From the NCBI GenBank assembly GCA_965261395.1, contig OZ253462.1, positions 96,001 through 160,000 of the forward strand: a DNA stretch of 64,000 bases. Reading direction: 5' to 3'. The first letter of the stretch is position 1. Each line of letters begins with the position of its first letter. Origin of the DNA: Candidatus Latescibacterota bacterium (lineage in GTDB: Bacteria; Latescibacterota; UBA2968; UBA8231). Shown one piece after another: positions 50,938 through 60,095 of the stretch. The position numbers and the translations under genes are program-made. The notes below the pieces were generated by a model. The model searched no databases, was not told where the DNA came from, and was given only the letters and a program-made list of their open reading frames with translations.

Positions 50938-52238
50938 GGTGCGGTCCCCTGTTGGCGAATGCGGACGGCTTGCGCGTGGGCCTCAAGGCCCTCGGCCTGC
51001 GCCATGCGGGCGATGTGCTCAGCCGTGTCGGCCAACCGCTCGGGGGTGTAGGCGATGATGCTCGTCGTCTTGACGAAATCGGCCCACCCCAACGACGAGG
51101 CGTAGCGGGCCGCGCCCTGAGTCGGCAGCACGTGGTTGGTGCCGGCAAAGTAATCGCCGACCGGCTCGGTGGCCGCTGCGCCGAGGAACAGCGCGCCGCA
51201 GTGGCGAATGGAATCCACCCAGCGCCACGGGTCGGCCACCTGCAATTCGGCGTGTTCCGGCGCTAGGCGGTTGAGCAGCTCGATCCCCACGGCGAGGCTA
51301 GGAACCACGACAATCGCGCCGTATTCTGCTAGGGCCCTATCTATAATTGAATGGCGCGGCAGCGCCGCTCGCTGCACTTCGAGTTCCGCCTGCACGCGGC
51401 GCGCCAAGGCCGCGCAATCCGTAATGCACACGGACGCCACCCCCCAGCCGTGCTCGGCTTGCGCGAGCAAATCCGCGGCCACCAAGCGCGGATCAGCCGC
51501 CGCGTCGGCGAGCACCACGATTTCCGATGGACCGGGCAACAGCGCGATGCCCACGGTGCCGAAGACCTGCCGCTGCGCGGCCACCGTATAGGGGGAACCC
51601 GGGCCGACGATCTTGTGTACCGGCGGGATGCTCTCCGTGCCATAAGCCAGCGCCCCCACCGCCTGCGCCCCGCCCACGGCGTACACCTCGTCAATGCCCA
51701 ACAAGCGCGCAGCCGCCGCAATTACTGGGGCTGGCCGACCGGCCGCCACCGGCGGCGTGACCACGCAGAGCTGGTCCACGCCAGCCACCTGCGCGGGCAC
51801 GGCCGTCATCAGCAGGCTCGAAAACAGCGGCACCTCGCCAGCCGGGACACACAGCCCCACCCGCTCGATGGGCGTGATTTTCTTACCCAGCACCACCCCG
51901 TCGCCATCTTCGACAAACCAAGAGTTGAGTTTTTGCCGCTCGTGGAAGGCGCGGATATTGGCTACCGCCGCCTCCATAGAAGCACGCAGGCGCGGATCGA
52001 GCGCGGCCTCGGCCTCGGCGAGTACAGACGCCGACACCCGCAACTGCCCGGGGCATATCTCCACGCCATCGAAGCGCTGCGTCAGCGCGCACAACGCGGC
52101 ATCACCTTCTTCCCGCACCTGCCGCAGAATGTCCCGCACCGCATCCTCGACCTCGGAATCGGACTCGGGACGACGCGCCAACAGCGCGGCCAGCGGGGCG
52201 GCCAGCGGCTCGGCGGGATAGGACGCAATGGGCACCAT
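50934..52238 (-). CDS. hisD: Histidinol dehydrogenase
   Basis: GGAQAVGALAYGT, KIVGPG, GPSEIVV, DLLAQAEH, APEH, GDYFAGTNHVLPT, EGLEAH; start MVPIA at 52238. Confidence 0.95.
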   Translation of the reverse strand: MVPIASYPAEPLAAPLAALLARRPESDSEVEDAVRDILRQVREEGDAALCALTQRFDGVEICPGQLRVSASVLAEAEAALDPRLRASMEAAVANIRAFHERQKLNSWFVEDGDGVVLGKKITPIERVGLCVPAGEVPLFSSLLMTAVPAQVAGVDQLCVVTPPVAAGRPAPVIAAAARLLGIDEVYAVGGAQAVGALAYGTESIPPVHKIVGPGSPYTVAAQRQVFGTVGIALLPGPSEIVVLADAAADPRLVAADLLAQAEHGWGVASVCITDCAALARRVQAELEVQRAALPRHSIIDRALAEYGAIVVVPSLAVGIELLNRLAPEHAELQVADPWRWVDSIRHCGALFLGAAATEPVGDYFAGTNHVLPTQGAARYASSLGWADFVKTTSIIAYTPERLADTAEHIARMAQAEGLEAHAQAVRIRQQGTAP

Positions 52239-53116
52239 CAATACACCACCTTGTTGAGCGGGTATTCGATGATGCCTTCGGCCCCGAGCCGCTTGAGCTG
52301 GGGAATCAGCTCGCGCACCACGCGCTCGTCGGCGACGATTTCCAGCGCCACCCATTCGGCGTCCATCTGGCTGGAGACCGTGGGCGTGTGCAGGGCCGGC
52401 AGCCGGGCGATGACGCGTTCGAGCTGGTCGAGCGGCACGTTCATCTTGAGGCCGACCTTGTGCTCGGCTTCGAGCGCGCCCTTGAGCAGCATCAGCAAAT
52501 TCTCGGCCTGCTCTCGCTTCCAGCCATCGGCCCACGCGGCCTTGTTGGCAATCAAGCGCGGCGTCGATTCGCAGACCGTATCGACGATGCGCAGCCGGTT
52601 GGCCTTGAGCGATGCGCCGGTCTCGGTCGCCTCGACGATAGCGTCCACCAGCCCGGGAATGCCGGCCTTGACCTCGGTCGCACCCCACGAAAACTCCACC
52701 TCGGCCTCCACGCCGCGCGCCTGCAAGAAGCGGCGGGTCGCGCCGACTAGCTCGCTGGCGATGCGGCGGCCCTGCAGGTCTTCGACGCATTGGATGGCGG
52801 AATCCTCGGGCACGGCAATGACCCAGCGCAAGGGCCGCGCCGTGCTCTTGCTGTAGGTCAGCTCGCCAACTTCGACTACCTCGGCCTCGCTTTCGAGGAT
52901 CCAATCTCGGCCCGTCAGGCCCACATCGACGACGCCGCGCGCCACGTACTGGGCGATTTCCTGCGCCCGGAACATCAGGCCCGCGATCTGGGGATCGTCG
53001 ATGTCGGGCACGTACGAGCGCGGCGCGAGCCGCACCCGATAGCCAGCGCGGACAAACAGATCAAACGTGGACTCCTGCAAGCTCCCGGACGGGAAGCCGA
53101 TCTTCAATTCCTTCAT
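52238..53116 (-). CDS. hisG: ATP phosphoribosyltransferase (long form)
   Basis: PSGSLQE, RAQEI, DVGLTGRDW, FSWGATEVK, ETGASLKAN, C-terminal regulatory domain (PTVS...GAEGIIE). Confidence 0.96.
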   Translation of the reverse strand: MKELKIGFPSGSLQESTFDLFVRAGYRVRLAPRSYVPDIDDPQIAGLMFRAQEIAQYVARGVVDVGLTGRDWILESEAEVVEVGELTYSKSTARPLRWVIAVPEDSAIQCVEDLQGRRIASELVGATRRFLQARGVEAEVEFSWGATEVKAGIPGLVDAIVEATETGASLKANRLRIVDTVCESTPRLIANKAAWADGWKREQAENLLMLLKGALEAEHKVGLKMNVPLDQLERVIARLPALHTPTVSSQMDAEWVALEIVADERVVRELIPQLKRLGAEGIIEYPLNKVVY

Positions 53117-54051
53117 TTCGCTCCTAACTCAGTTCCTCTCATCGCCTCGGCGACTTGGGGGCTTAGCTTGTACAGGGCTTGCCGCGCTGTGGTCTGGTCT
53201 TTTTCCGTGCCCTCTTTCATCAGCCGCTGCAAGTGCGGCACGGCCCGCTCATCGCCCACCTCGGCGAGGGCCTGCACGGCTTTGCTGCGGATGCTCTGCA
53301 ACTCGTCGGCGTCGAGGGCGACTAGCAGGGCCTCGTAGATGGCGTTGCGGGCAGGCGCACCGAGCGTCGCATGGCCGATGTGGCCGAGGGCCTGCACGGC
53401 CACGTAGCGCACCTCATCCGAGGGGTCCAGCGACATGCGGATGACCTCTTCCACTGCGTCGCGGTACCCGTAGGCGCGCAGGCTCTGCAAGGCGGCGATC
53501 CGCCACTTGGGCTTGGCGGCGCGCAAGGCGCGGCGCACCACGCGGAAGGCCGAGTCGCTCAAGGCCGGCTCGGCTGCGTACGAATGGCACGGGCCGAGCG
53601 CGCCGAGCACGTATTGGCGTACTTCTACCGTGGGGTCGCGCACGTACTTGAGCAGCGGGGCGAGCGCAGTGGGCGAGCCGATCTGGCCCAGCGCCCACGC
53701 GGCCGCGGCCGCCACCCGCGGCGACCGGTCTTTTAGGGACGCGACCAAAGTCGGCACGGCGCGCTCGTCCTTAAAGCGACCCAGCAGGTGCATCACCTCA
53801 AACCGCACGCGGATGTAGCCGGAGTCGGCCTCCTCGATCAGCAGCGGTACGACCTCGTCGGCGTCGAAGCGGATGAGCTGGTTGGCGGCTTTGGTGCGCT
53901 CGACTTTTTGCCTGCTTTCGAGCTGGTGAATGTACTCTTCGGGCGAGGCCCCCCCACACGCGAGGCCCAAACCCGCGCACAGCAATAAGGCCCACAGGGC
54001 GAGTCGCGTACTGCTGCCAAATTTTTGCTTTTTAAAAAAAGTGCTGGCCAT
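53113..54051 (-). CDS. HEAT-repeat lipoprotein
   Basis: Lipobox-like LACGG; repeated VR..A..ALG.IG...A...L units; stop overlaps hisG ATG. Confidence 0.8.
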   Translation of the reverse strand: MASTFFKKQKFGSSTRLALWALLLCAGLGLACGGASPEEYIHQLESRQKVERTKAANQLIRFDADEVVPLLIEEADSGYIRVRFEVMHLLGRFKDERAVPTLVASLKDRSPRVAAAAAWALGQIGSPTALAPLLKYVRDPTVEVRQYVLGALGPCHSYAAEPALSDSAFRVVRRALRAAKPKWRIAALQSLRAYGYRDAVEEVIRMSLDPSDEVRYVAVQALGHIGHATLGAPARNAIYEALLVALDADELQSIRSKAVQALAEVGDERAVPHLQRLMKEGTEKDQTTARQALYKLSPQVAEAMRGTELGAK

Positions 54052-54194
54052 ATCGCGTTCTCTATTCAATGATTTAGATATGTATGGAAGCGTCTAAGGA
54101 GTTTGCGGAGGCTACTGTTTATTCAATATATATAGGGTACGTATTTAAAATAAGGGCCGACCATAACATCGTCCACTGCACCCGTTTCCCGTCT

Positions 54195-54223
54195 TTGACA
54201 ATACTCCTAGTGACTTTTATACT
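54195..54223 (+). promoter_or_regulatory. Sigma70-type promoter of the selenoprotein-TPR-rdgB-ABC unit
   Basis: TTGACA-17 bp-TATACT, followed by AGGAGGT RBS. Confidence 0.8.
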
Positions 54224-54254
54224 TTTTCAACCCCTATTCCACAGGAGGTTCCCC

Positions 54255-54488
54255 GTGAACTTGGAACTCATTTATTGCTCTGCTTGAGGCTACGAAACCA
54301 AAGCCGCCAGTTTGGCGGAACAGTTACTCGTCGCCTATAAGCAAGACATCGCCGCCTTCTCGCTAGTGCCCTCAGACCGGGGGCGGTTTGAACTCAGCCT
54401 CGATGGCGAACTGATCTTTTCCAAGCTGCAAGAAGGTCGCTTTCCCGACGCCGGCGAAGTCGAGGCCCAGCTCGACGCCCGTCGCTAA
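54255..54488 (+). CDS. Rdx/SelW-family selenoprotein (CxxU), 77 aa
   Basis: GTG start; MNLELIYCSA-U(TGA 54285-54287)-GYETKAASLAEQLL...LVPSDRGRFELSLDGELIFSKLQEGRFPD...; hairpin CCGCCA-GTT-TGGCGG downstream of TGA. Confidence 0.9.
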
Positions 54489-54527
54489 ACGCCTGCCCAC
54501 TCCTTTCACTGTATAGGAGGACCCGTT

Positions 54528-55586
54528 TTGAAGTACTGCCGCTTGCTCAGTTTCGCCCTCGCGCTTTTGAGCGCGCCGGCCCTCGCCCAGTCGCCCGAAG
54601 CCCTCGATTACTTCCGCGAGGGCTACGACTCGGTCAAAAAGGGCAACTATCGCAACGCCGTCATCGAGCTCGAAAAGTCCGTGGCGGCCGATTCCTCCTA
54701 CGGCAACGCCCACTACGTCCTCGGCCTTTCCTACAAGGCCCTCAACGAATACGACAAAGCCATCGGCAGCTTTACCGCGGCCTGGGTCCTCGGCACCAAG
54801 CCGGAACAGGCCGCTAAGGCCCTAGCCCAGCTCTATCAAAAGGCCGCCCTCAACAGCTTTCGGCAAAAGAAATACCGCGAGTCCATCAACTATTTCACTA
54901 AAGTGCGCGACTTCAGCACCCAAAGCGCCCAAGCGCTCTACGTCATGGGCCTTGCCCACAGTGGCCTGCACGAAAAAGACAAGGCCAAGGTGGCTTTTGC
55001 CGAGGCCATAGCAGCCGATCCCACCGACGCCAGGCCCTACAATGCCCTCGGCGACATCCAGCGCCTCAGCCGCGACTACGGCAAAGCCATCGTCACCTAC
55101 CAGCGTGCCATAGAGGCCAACCCCGCGTACATGGAATCATACGGCGACTTGGCGCGGTTGAAGTTCAATACCCAAGACACAGAGGGTGTCGTGCCGCTTC
55201 TGCAAAAAGCCCTAAAGATCGACGCCACGTACGCCGAAGGGCAGCGCTTGCTCGGCATTGCGCTCAACCAACTCGGCCGGTTCGACGAGGCCATTGCCCC
55301 GCTGAACAAGGCAGCCGATCTAGACAAGGCCTACTGCGAGACGCATTACCGGCTGGGCGAGGCCCACTACGGCATGGGCAACTTCCGCCAAGCCATTGAG
55401 CACACCCGGCGCGCCACGAGTTGCCAATCTGACTACCGAGCCGCCGAAGTGCTACTGGGCGACGCGCATTTTCAGCTAGACCAACGACAGGAAGCGCGGC
55501 GCTGGTACAACCGAGCGGTAAAAGACACCCGCTACAAGGACTACGTAGCGAGCAAACTCTCAGAGATTGACGAGCAGCCCCAATAG
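54528..55586 (+). CDS. Exported tetratricopeptide-repeat protein
   Basis: Signal peptide ending ALA-Q; multiple TPR units (AHYVLGLSY, YNALGDIQ, HYRLGEAHY). Confidence 0.88.
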   Translation: MKYCRLLSFALALLSAPALAQSPEALDYFREGYDSVKKGNYRNAVIELEKSVAADSSYGNAHYVLGLSYKALNEYDKAIGSFTAAWVLGTKPEQAAKALAQLYQKAALNSFRQKKYRESINYFTKVRDFSTQSAQALYVMGLAHSGLHEKDKAKVAFAEAIAADPTDARPYNALGDIQRLSRDYGKAIVTYQRAIEANPAYMESYGDLARLKFNTQDTEGVVPLLQKALKIDATYAEGQRLLGIALNQLGRFDEAIAPLNKAADLDKAYCETHYRLGEAHYGMGNFRQAIEHTRRATSCQSDYRAAEVLLGDAHFQLDQRQEARRWYNRAVKDTRYKDYVASKLSEIDEQPQ

Positions 55587-55591
55587 CCGCG

Positions 55592-56200
55592 ATGGCGCTG
55601 CTTCTGGCCTCGAACAACGCCGGCAAGCTGCGCGAAGTCCGCGCCCTGTTCGCCGATGTCGAGGTCCTCGCACCGGCGGCACTGGGCCTTGACCTCTGCG
55701 TCGAGGAAAGCGGTCAGACCTTTGCCGCCAACGCCCAACTCAAGGCCCGCGCCTATGCCGCGGCCAGCGGACAAATCGCCCTCGCCGACGACTCCGGGCT
55801 TGAGGTGGATGCCCTCGGCGGTGCGCCTGGGATCTACTCGGCTCGCTACGGCGGCCCCGACCTCGACGACGCCAGCCGATGCCGGCTCTTGCTCGCCCAG
55901 CTTGCGCCCTATCCCGAGCCAGCCCAACGCCGTGCTCGGTTCCGCTGCGTCCTCTGCGCAGCAAGTCCCGACGGCCACCACTGCCAAGCCGAGGGCACCT
56001 GTGAAGGGCTAATCGCCCCGGCCCCAGCCGGGACCAACGGCTTTGGCTACGATCCGGTCTTTTTGCTCCCCGCCTACGCCAAAACTATGGCCCAGCTCGA
56101 CCCGCACATAAAAAATCGGCTCAGTCACCGCGCCCAAGCGCTGGCGGCCATGCGCCCGCTGCTGGCCAGCACCTTTCCCGAGCTTGCCCTCTCCCGCTAA
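55592..56200 (+). CDS. rdgB: dITP/XTP pyrophosphatase RdgB (HAM1)
   Basis: ASNNAGKLRE, ADDSGLEVDALGGAPGIYSARY, GFGYDPVF, KNRLSHRAQA. Confidence 0.96.
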   Translation: MALLLASNNAGKLREVRALFADVEVLAPAALGLDLCVEESGQTFAANAQLKARAYAAASGQIALADDSGLEVDALGGAPGIYSARYGGPDLDDASRCRLLLAQLAPYPEPAQRRARFRCVLCAASPDGHHCQAEGTCEGLIAPAPAGTNGFGYDPVFLLPAYAKTMAQLDPHIKNRLSHRAQALAAMRPLLASTFPELALSR

Positions 56201-57936
56201 TGTTTGGTCCGTTTTCCCAATACGCCCGTCCCTATCGAGGGCGCATCCTGCTCGGCGCGCTCTGCATCGGGTTGGGGCAGGCGGCGACGGCGCGCATCCC
56301 ACTGCTGGTGCGCGATGCCGTCGATGCGGTCTCGGCGACGGATCCTACCTCCGAGGAAGTCGCAACCTACGTCTTCCACATCCTCGCCTTAGCCTTGGGC
56401 GTGGCCTTGTGCGGCTATGTCATGCGGATACTGCTAGGCCGCGTCGCCAACCGCATCGAATACGACATCCGCACCGCGTATTTTGCCCACCTGCTCAAGC
56501 TGCCGCTGTCGTACTACCAGCAGCGCCGCACCGGCGACCTCATGGCGCGGGCGACCAACGATCTCCACTCGGTGCATATTTTTTGGGTCTATGGCATTCG
56601 CGGCATCGTCGATACCGCCTTGGGGCTGACCTTCACGCTCGCCTGTATGTGCCTGATCGACTGGAAGCTGGCTCTGCTGGTGCTGATACCCATGCCGCTT
56701 TTTAGCGTCGTGATGATCCGCATCGCCGCGGTCATCCACACCCGCTACAAGGCCATCCAAGAATACTTCGGTCAGATCAGCACCTTCATCCAGGAAAACC
56801 TCTCCGGCATCCGCGTGGTCCGGGCCTACACCCAAGAGCCAGCGCAAAACGCCGCGTTCGACCAACTCAATTTGGCGTACCTAGAAAAAAACCGCGCCTA
56901 TATCCTCACCCGCGCCAACTACCGGCCGCTCTCCTATGTCATCGCCGCGCTCTGCTTGGGGCTGAACTTGTGGCTGGGCGGGCGCGCAGTCATCGACGGC
57001 GAACTCAGCTTAGGGGCCTTCGTCGCCTTCAACGCCTACCTGACCCAACTGATCCGCCCGATCATGTACACCGGCTGGGTCATCGACCGCGCCCAGCGCG
57101 CCCTCGTGTCCATGCAGCGCATCAACGAGATCCTCGCCGTCGAGCCTGAAATCCAAGATCGCGCCCTGCCCCCGGCCAGTCCGCGCCCAATCGCCGGGCA
57201 CATCGCCTTCCGCCAGCTCAGCTTCTCCTACGGCGAGGAGCAAGTCCTACACCAGATTGATCTCGAAATTCCCCAAGGCGCGACCCTCGGCATCATCGGC
57301 CGCGTCGGCTCGGGCAAGACCACCCTAGCCCGCCTCGTGCCGCGCTTGATCCAAGCCGGGCCGGGGCAGCTGCTCATCGACGGGGTGCCGATCGAGGAAT
57401 GGCCCCTAGCGAGCTTGCGCGACGCCATCGGCTACGTCCCGCAAAACCCCTTTCTATTTTCCAACACCCTCCATGCCAACATCGCCTACGGCGCGGACTC
57501 GGCCGCTGCGGCCCAGATCCACGCCGCGGCCGAAGAGGCCCAGCTCAAAAAGGACATCGACCAATTCGACGAGGGCTTCGACACCCTCATCGGCGAGCGC
57601 GGCGTCACCCTGTCCGGCGGCCAGAAGCAGCGCGCGACCTTGGCCCGGGCGCTCATTCGCCGCCCGCAGATCCTCATCCTCGACGACTCGCTCTCCGCGG
57701 TGGACACCCACACCGAGGAAGCGATCCTCGACCACTTGCATACCCTCATGCAGGGCCGCACCACCCTCCTCATCGCCCACCGCATCTCGACCCTGCGCCA
57801 CGCCGACTACATCGTCGTCTTAGAAGAGGGCCGCATCGCCGAGCAGGGCACCCACGACGAGCTGGTCAACAGCGGCGGCTTCTACGCCGAGCTGTACCAG
57901 CGCCAGCAGCTTAGCGCCGAGCTAGAAACGCTGTGA
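56200..57936 (+). CDS. ABC exporter, fused permease/ATPase (MdlA-like half)
   Basis: TMD with RTGDLMARATND; GRVGSGKT, LSGGQKQR, LILDDSLSAVD (degenerate site). Confidence 0.92.
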   Translation: MFGPFSQYARPYRGRILLGALCIGLGQAATARIPLLVRDAVDAVSATDPTSEEVATYVFHILALALGVALCGYVMRILLGRVANRIEYDIRTAYFAHLLKLPLSYYQQRRTGDLMARATNDLHSVHIFWVYGIRGIVDTALGLTFTLACMCLIDWKLALLVLIPMPLFSVVMIRIAAVIHTRYKAIQEYFGQISTFIQENLSGIRVVRAYTQEPAQNAAFDQLNLAYLEKNRAYILTRANYRPLSYVIAALCLGLNLWLGGRAVIDGELSLGAFVAFNAYLTQLIRPIMYTGWVIDRAQRALVSMQRINEILAVEPEIQDRALPPASPRPIAGHIAFRQLSFSYGEEQVLHQIDLEIPQGATLGIIGRVGSGKTTLARLVPRLIQAGPGQLLIDGVPIEEWPLASLRDAIGYVPQNPFLFSNTLHANIAYGADSAAAAQIHAAAEEAQLKKDIDQFDEGFDTLIGERGVTLSGGQKQRATLARALIRRPQILILDDSLSAVDTHTEEAILDHLHTLMQGRTTLLIAHRISTLRHADYIVVLEEGRIAEQGTHDELVNSGGFYAELYQRQQLSAELETL

Positions 57937-59717
57937 GCACCGAACTCAACAAAGAAGAAGAAATCCAGCAGCGCGCCTTCAACTTGGGGCTGACGCTGCA
58001 ACTGTTGCGGTATCTCAAACCCCATCGCGGGCGCGTAGTCATCGCCTTCGGCACCATTGCCCTCGCCGCCGGTACCGGCCAGATCGGCCCCTATCTGACG
58101 CAGGTGGCTGTGGACGACTACATCGCCGTCGGCGACTGGTTGGGTTTGCGGTGGATGATCGCGGCCTTCTTTGGCAGTGTCGCCGTGCAGTACGGCGCTC
58201 AATATGCCCAGACCTTGGTCACCGGCATGATCGGCCAGCAGGTCATGTACGACATGCGCCGCGACCTCTTCGCCCACCTGCAACGGCTGCCGCTGCGCTA
58301 CTTCGACCGCACGCCGCTGGGCCGGATTATGACCCGCGCCACCAACGACATTGACGCCCTCAACGAATTTTTTAGCGAGGGCATCGTCTCGGTCTTTATG
58401 GACCTGTTCACCCTGCTGGCTATCGTCGGCTTCATGGCCTATATCGACCTTGAGCTCGCCCTGATCTGCTGCACGGTAGTCCCGGTCATCGCCACCTCGA
58501 CCTTCTACCTCCAAGGCCTAGCGGTGCGCGCCTATCGGGAGTTGCGCACGCGCCTAGCGCGGCTCAATGCCTATTTGCAGGAGAACATCACCGGCGTGGA
58601 GGTGGTGCAGCTCTTCAACCGCCAGCAGCGCAATTTGCGCGACTTCGACGCCGAGCACCTGCCCTATCGCCGCGCCGAAGACCGCGAAATCCACTGCTAT
58701 GCCATCTTCTTCCCCTTCACCGAACTACTCGGCACCTTCGGCATGGCGCTGGTGCTGTGGTACGGGGCCTCGGACGTGATCGACGGCCGCGTCGAGTTGG
58801 GGGTGCTGGTGGCCTTTCTCCAGTACATCCGCCGCTTCTTCCGCCCGATCATGGACATCTCCGACCGCTATGCCCTGTTGCAGAGCGCCATGGCCGCGTC
58901 TGAGCGCATCTTCGAACTGTTGGCCGTCCCCGGCGAACCCGCCGGCGGACCGCGGCGCAAGCTGCCGGTGGCCAGTCGCGGCGGCGCGATTGAATTCCGC
59001 AACGTGTTCTTCAAGTACGATCCAGCGGCCGCAGACTGGATTCTCAAGGATGTCTCGTTTGAACTACAGGCCGGGCAGAGCCTGGCGTTGGTCGGGGCCA
59101 CCGGCTCGGGCAAGACCACGATCGTCAGCCTGCTCTGCCGCTTCTACGACATCCAGCGCGGGGAAATCCTCGTCGATGGCCGCGACGTGCGCCAGTGGCA
59201 CGCCGCGGAATTGCGCCGCCGCATCAGCATCGTCCAGCAGGAGGTGTTCTTGTTTTCCGGGAATATCAGCGGCAACATCCGCCTCGGCGAGGACGCCATC
59301 GACGACGCCCAAGTCGAGCGCGCGGCCCGCTACGTCAATGCCGCGCCCTTTATCGAACGCCTCCCCCAAGGCTTTGCCCACGCCGTGGCCGAAGGCGGCT
59401 CAACCCTGTCGGCTGGCCAGCGCCAGTTGTTGGCCTTTGCCCGGGCCTTAGCCTTCGACCCGCAGATCCTCGTCCTCGACGAGGCCACCTCCAGCATCGA
59501 CACCGAGACCGAACAGCTCATCCAAGACGCCATCGCCAAGCTGATGCACGACCGCACCTCCATCGTCATCGCCCACCGCCTCTCGACCATCCGCAGTGCC
59601 GACCAAATCTTGGTAATGCACCGCGGCGAGGTGCGCGAGCGGGGCCGCCACGAAGAGCTGTTGCTCCAAGGCGGCATCTATGCGCGGCTCCACCACCTCA
59701 ACTACGGCCGATCTTAA
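57933..59717 (+). CDS. ABC exporter, fused permease/ATPase (MdlB-like half)
   Basis: GATGSGKT, LSAGQRQ, LVLDEATSSID, IAHRLST; overlaps the previous gene, consistent with a heterodimer. Confidence 0.92.
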   Translation: MSTELNKEEEIQQRAFNLGLTLQLLRYLKPHRGRVVIAFGTIALAAGTGQIGPYLTQVAVDDYIAVGDWLGLRWMIAAFFGSVAVQYGAQYAQTLVTGMIGQQVMYDMRRDLFAHLQRLPLRYFDRTPLGRIMTRATNDIDALNEFFSEGIVSVFMDLFTLLAIVGFMAYIDLELALICCTVVPVIATSTFYLQGLAVRAYRELRTRLARLNAYLQENITGVEVVQLFNRQQRNLRDFDAEHLPYRRAEDREIHCYAIFFPFTELLGTFGMALVLWYGASDVIDGRVELGVLVAFLQYIRRFFRPIMDISDRYALLQSAMAASERIFELLAVPGEPAGGPRRKLPVASRGGAIEFRNVFFKYDPAAADWILKDVSFELQAGQSLALVGATGSGKTTIVSLLCRFYDIQRGEILVDGRDVRQWHAAELRRRISIVQQEVFLFSGNISGNIRLGEDAIDDAQVERAARYVNAAPFIERLPQGFAHAVAEGGSTLSAGQRQLLAFARALAFDPQILVLDEATSSIDTETEQLIQDAIAKLMHDRTSIVIAHRLSTIRSADQILVMHRGEVRERGRHEELLLQGGIYARLHHLNYGRS

Positions 59718-59962
59718 GCCGCCTCTTCCTCCTGTGGGGCCTTTCCGCGCCGCGCCGCAATCCCGTCCACGGCCTTCACCACCTGGTCGCGCGTCTCCTC
59801 GGCTTGGCGCGCGATTAGACGCCGGGTGTCTTCGCCCTTGTGCGGGGCCAGTAACACGCCTATGGCCGCGCCGACCGCGATGCCGGCCATAAAACCGGCC
59901 AAGAGGCACGTCGTGCCGTTGGTTGAATGCTGCTGCCTGGGGTAAATCTTTTCGTAAAACAT
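59714..59962 (-). CDS. YtxH-domain protein
   Basis: GIAVGAAIGVLLAPHKGEDTRR motif. Confidence 0.85.
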   Translation of the reverse strand: MFYEKIYPRQQHSTNGTTCLLAGFMAGIAVGAAIGVLLAPHKGEDTRRLIARQAEETRDQVVKAVDGIAARRGKAPQEEEAA

Positions 59963-60016
59963 ACAAAGCTCCTTTGGCTATGGGTACATTCTATAATCTA
60001 AAGAAAACTAAGTGTC

Positions 60017-60045
60017 TTGAATAAAACCAATGCAATTTTTATACT
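60017..60045 (+). promoter_or_regulatory. Putative promoter of guaB unit
   Basis: TTGAAT-17 bp-TATACT. Confidence 0.6.
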
Positions 60046-60095
60046 TTAAGGCTAAATCCTTCCCCCTTCCCCCCGCCAACGCTGAGAGGACTTCT

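Noticed and set aside
51351-52856. 501-aa plus-strand ORF and similar long antisense ORFs over GC-rich genes
   Set aside because: Shadow frames opposite hisD/hisG and other well-supported genes; low-complexity Arg/Ala-rich translations.
52239-52904. N-terminal extension making HisD 656 aa
   Set aside because: Out-of-frame overlap with hisG; HisD homology begins at the ATG at 52238.
54084-54713. ORF-track calls 54084..54287 (+) and 54372..54713 (-)
   Set aside because: The first is the selenoprotein frame cut at its UGA with a spurious upstream start; the second is an antisense shadow.
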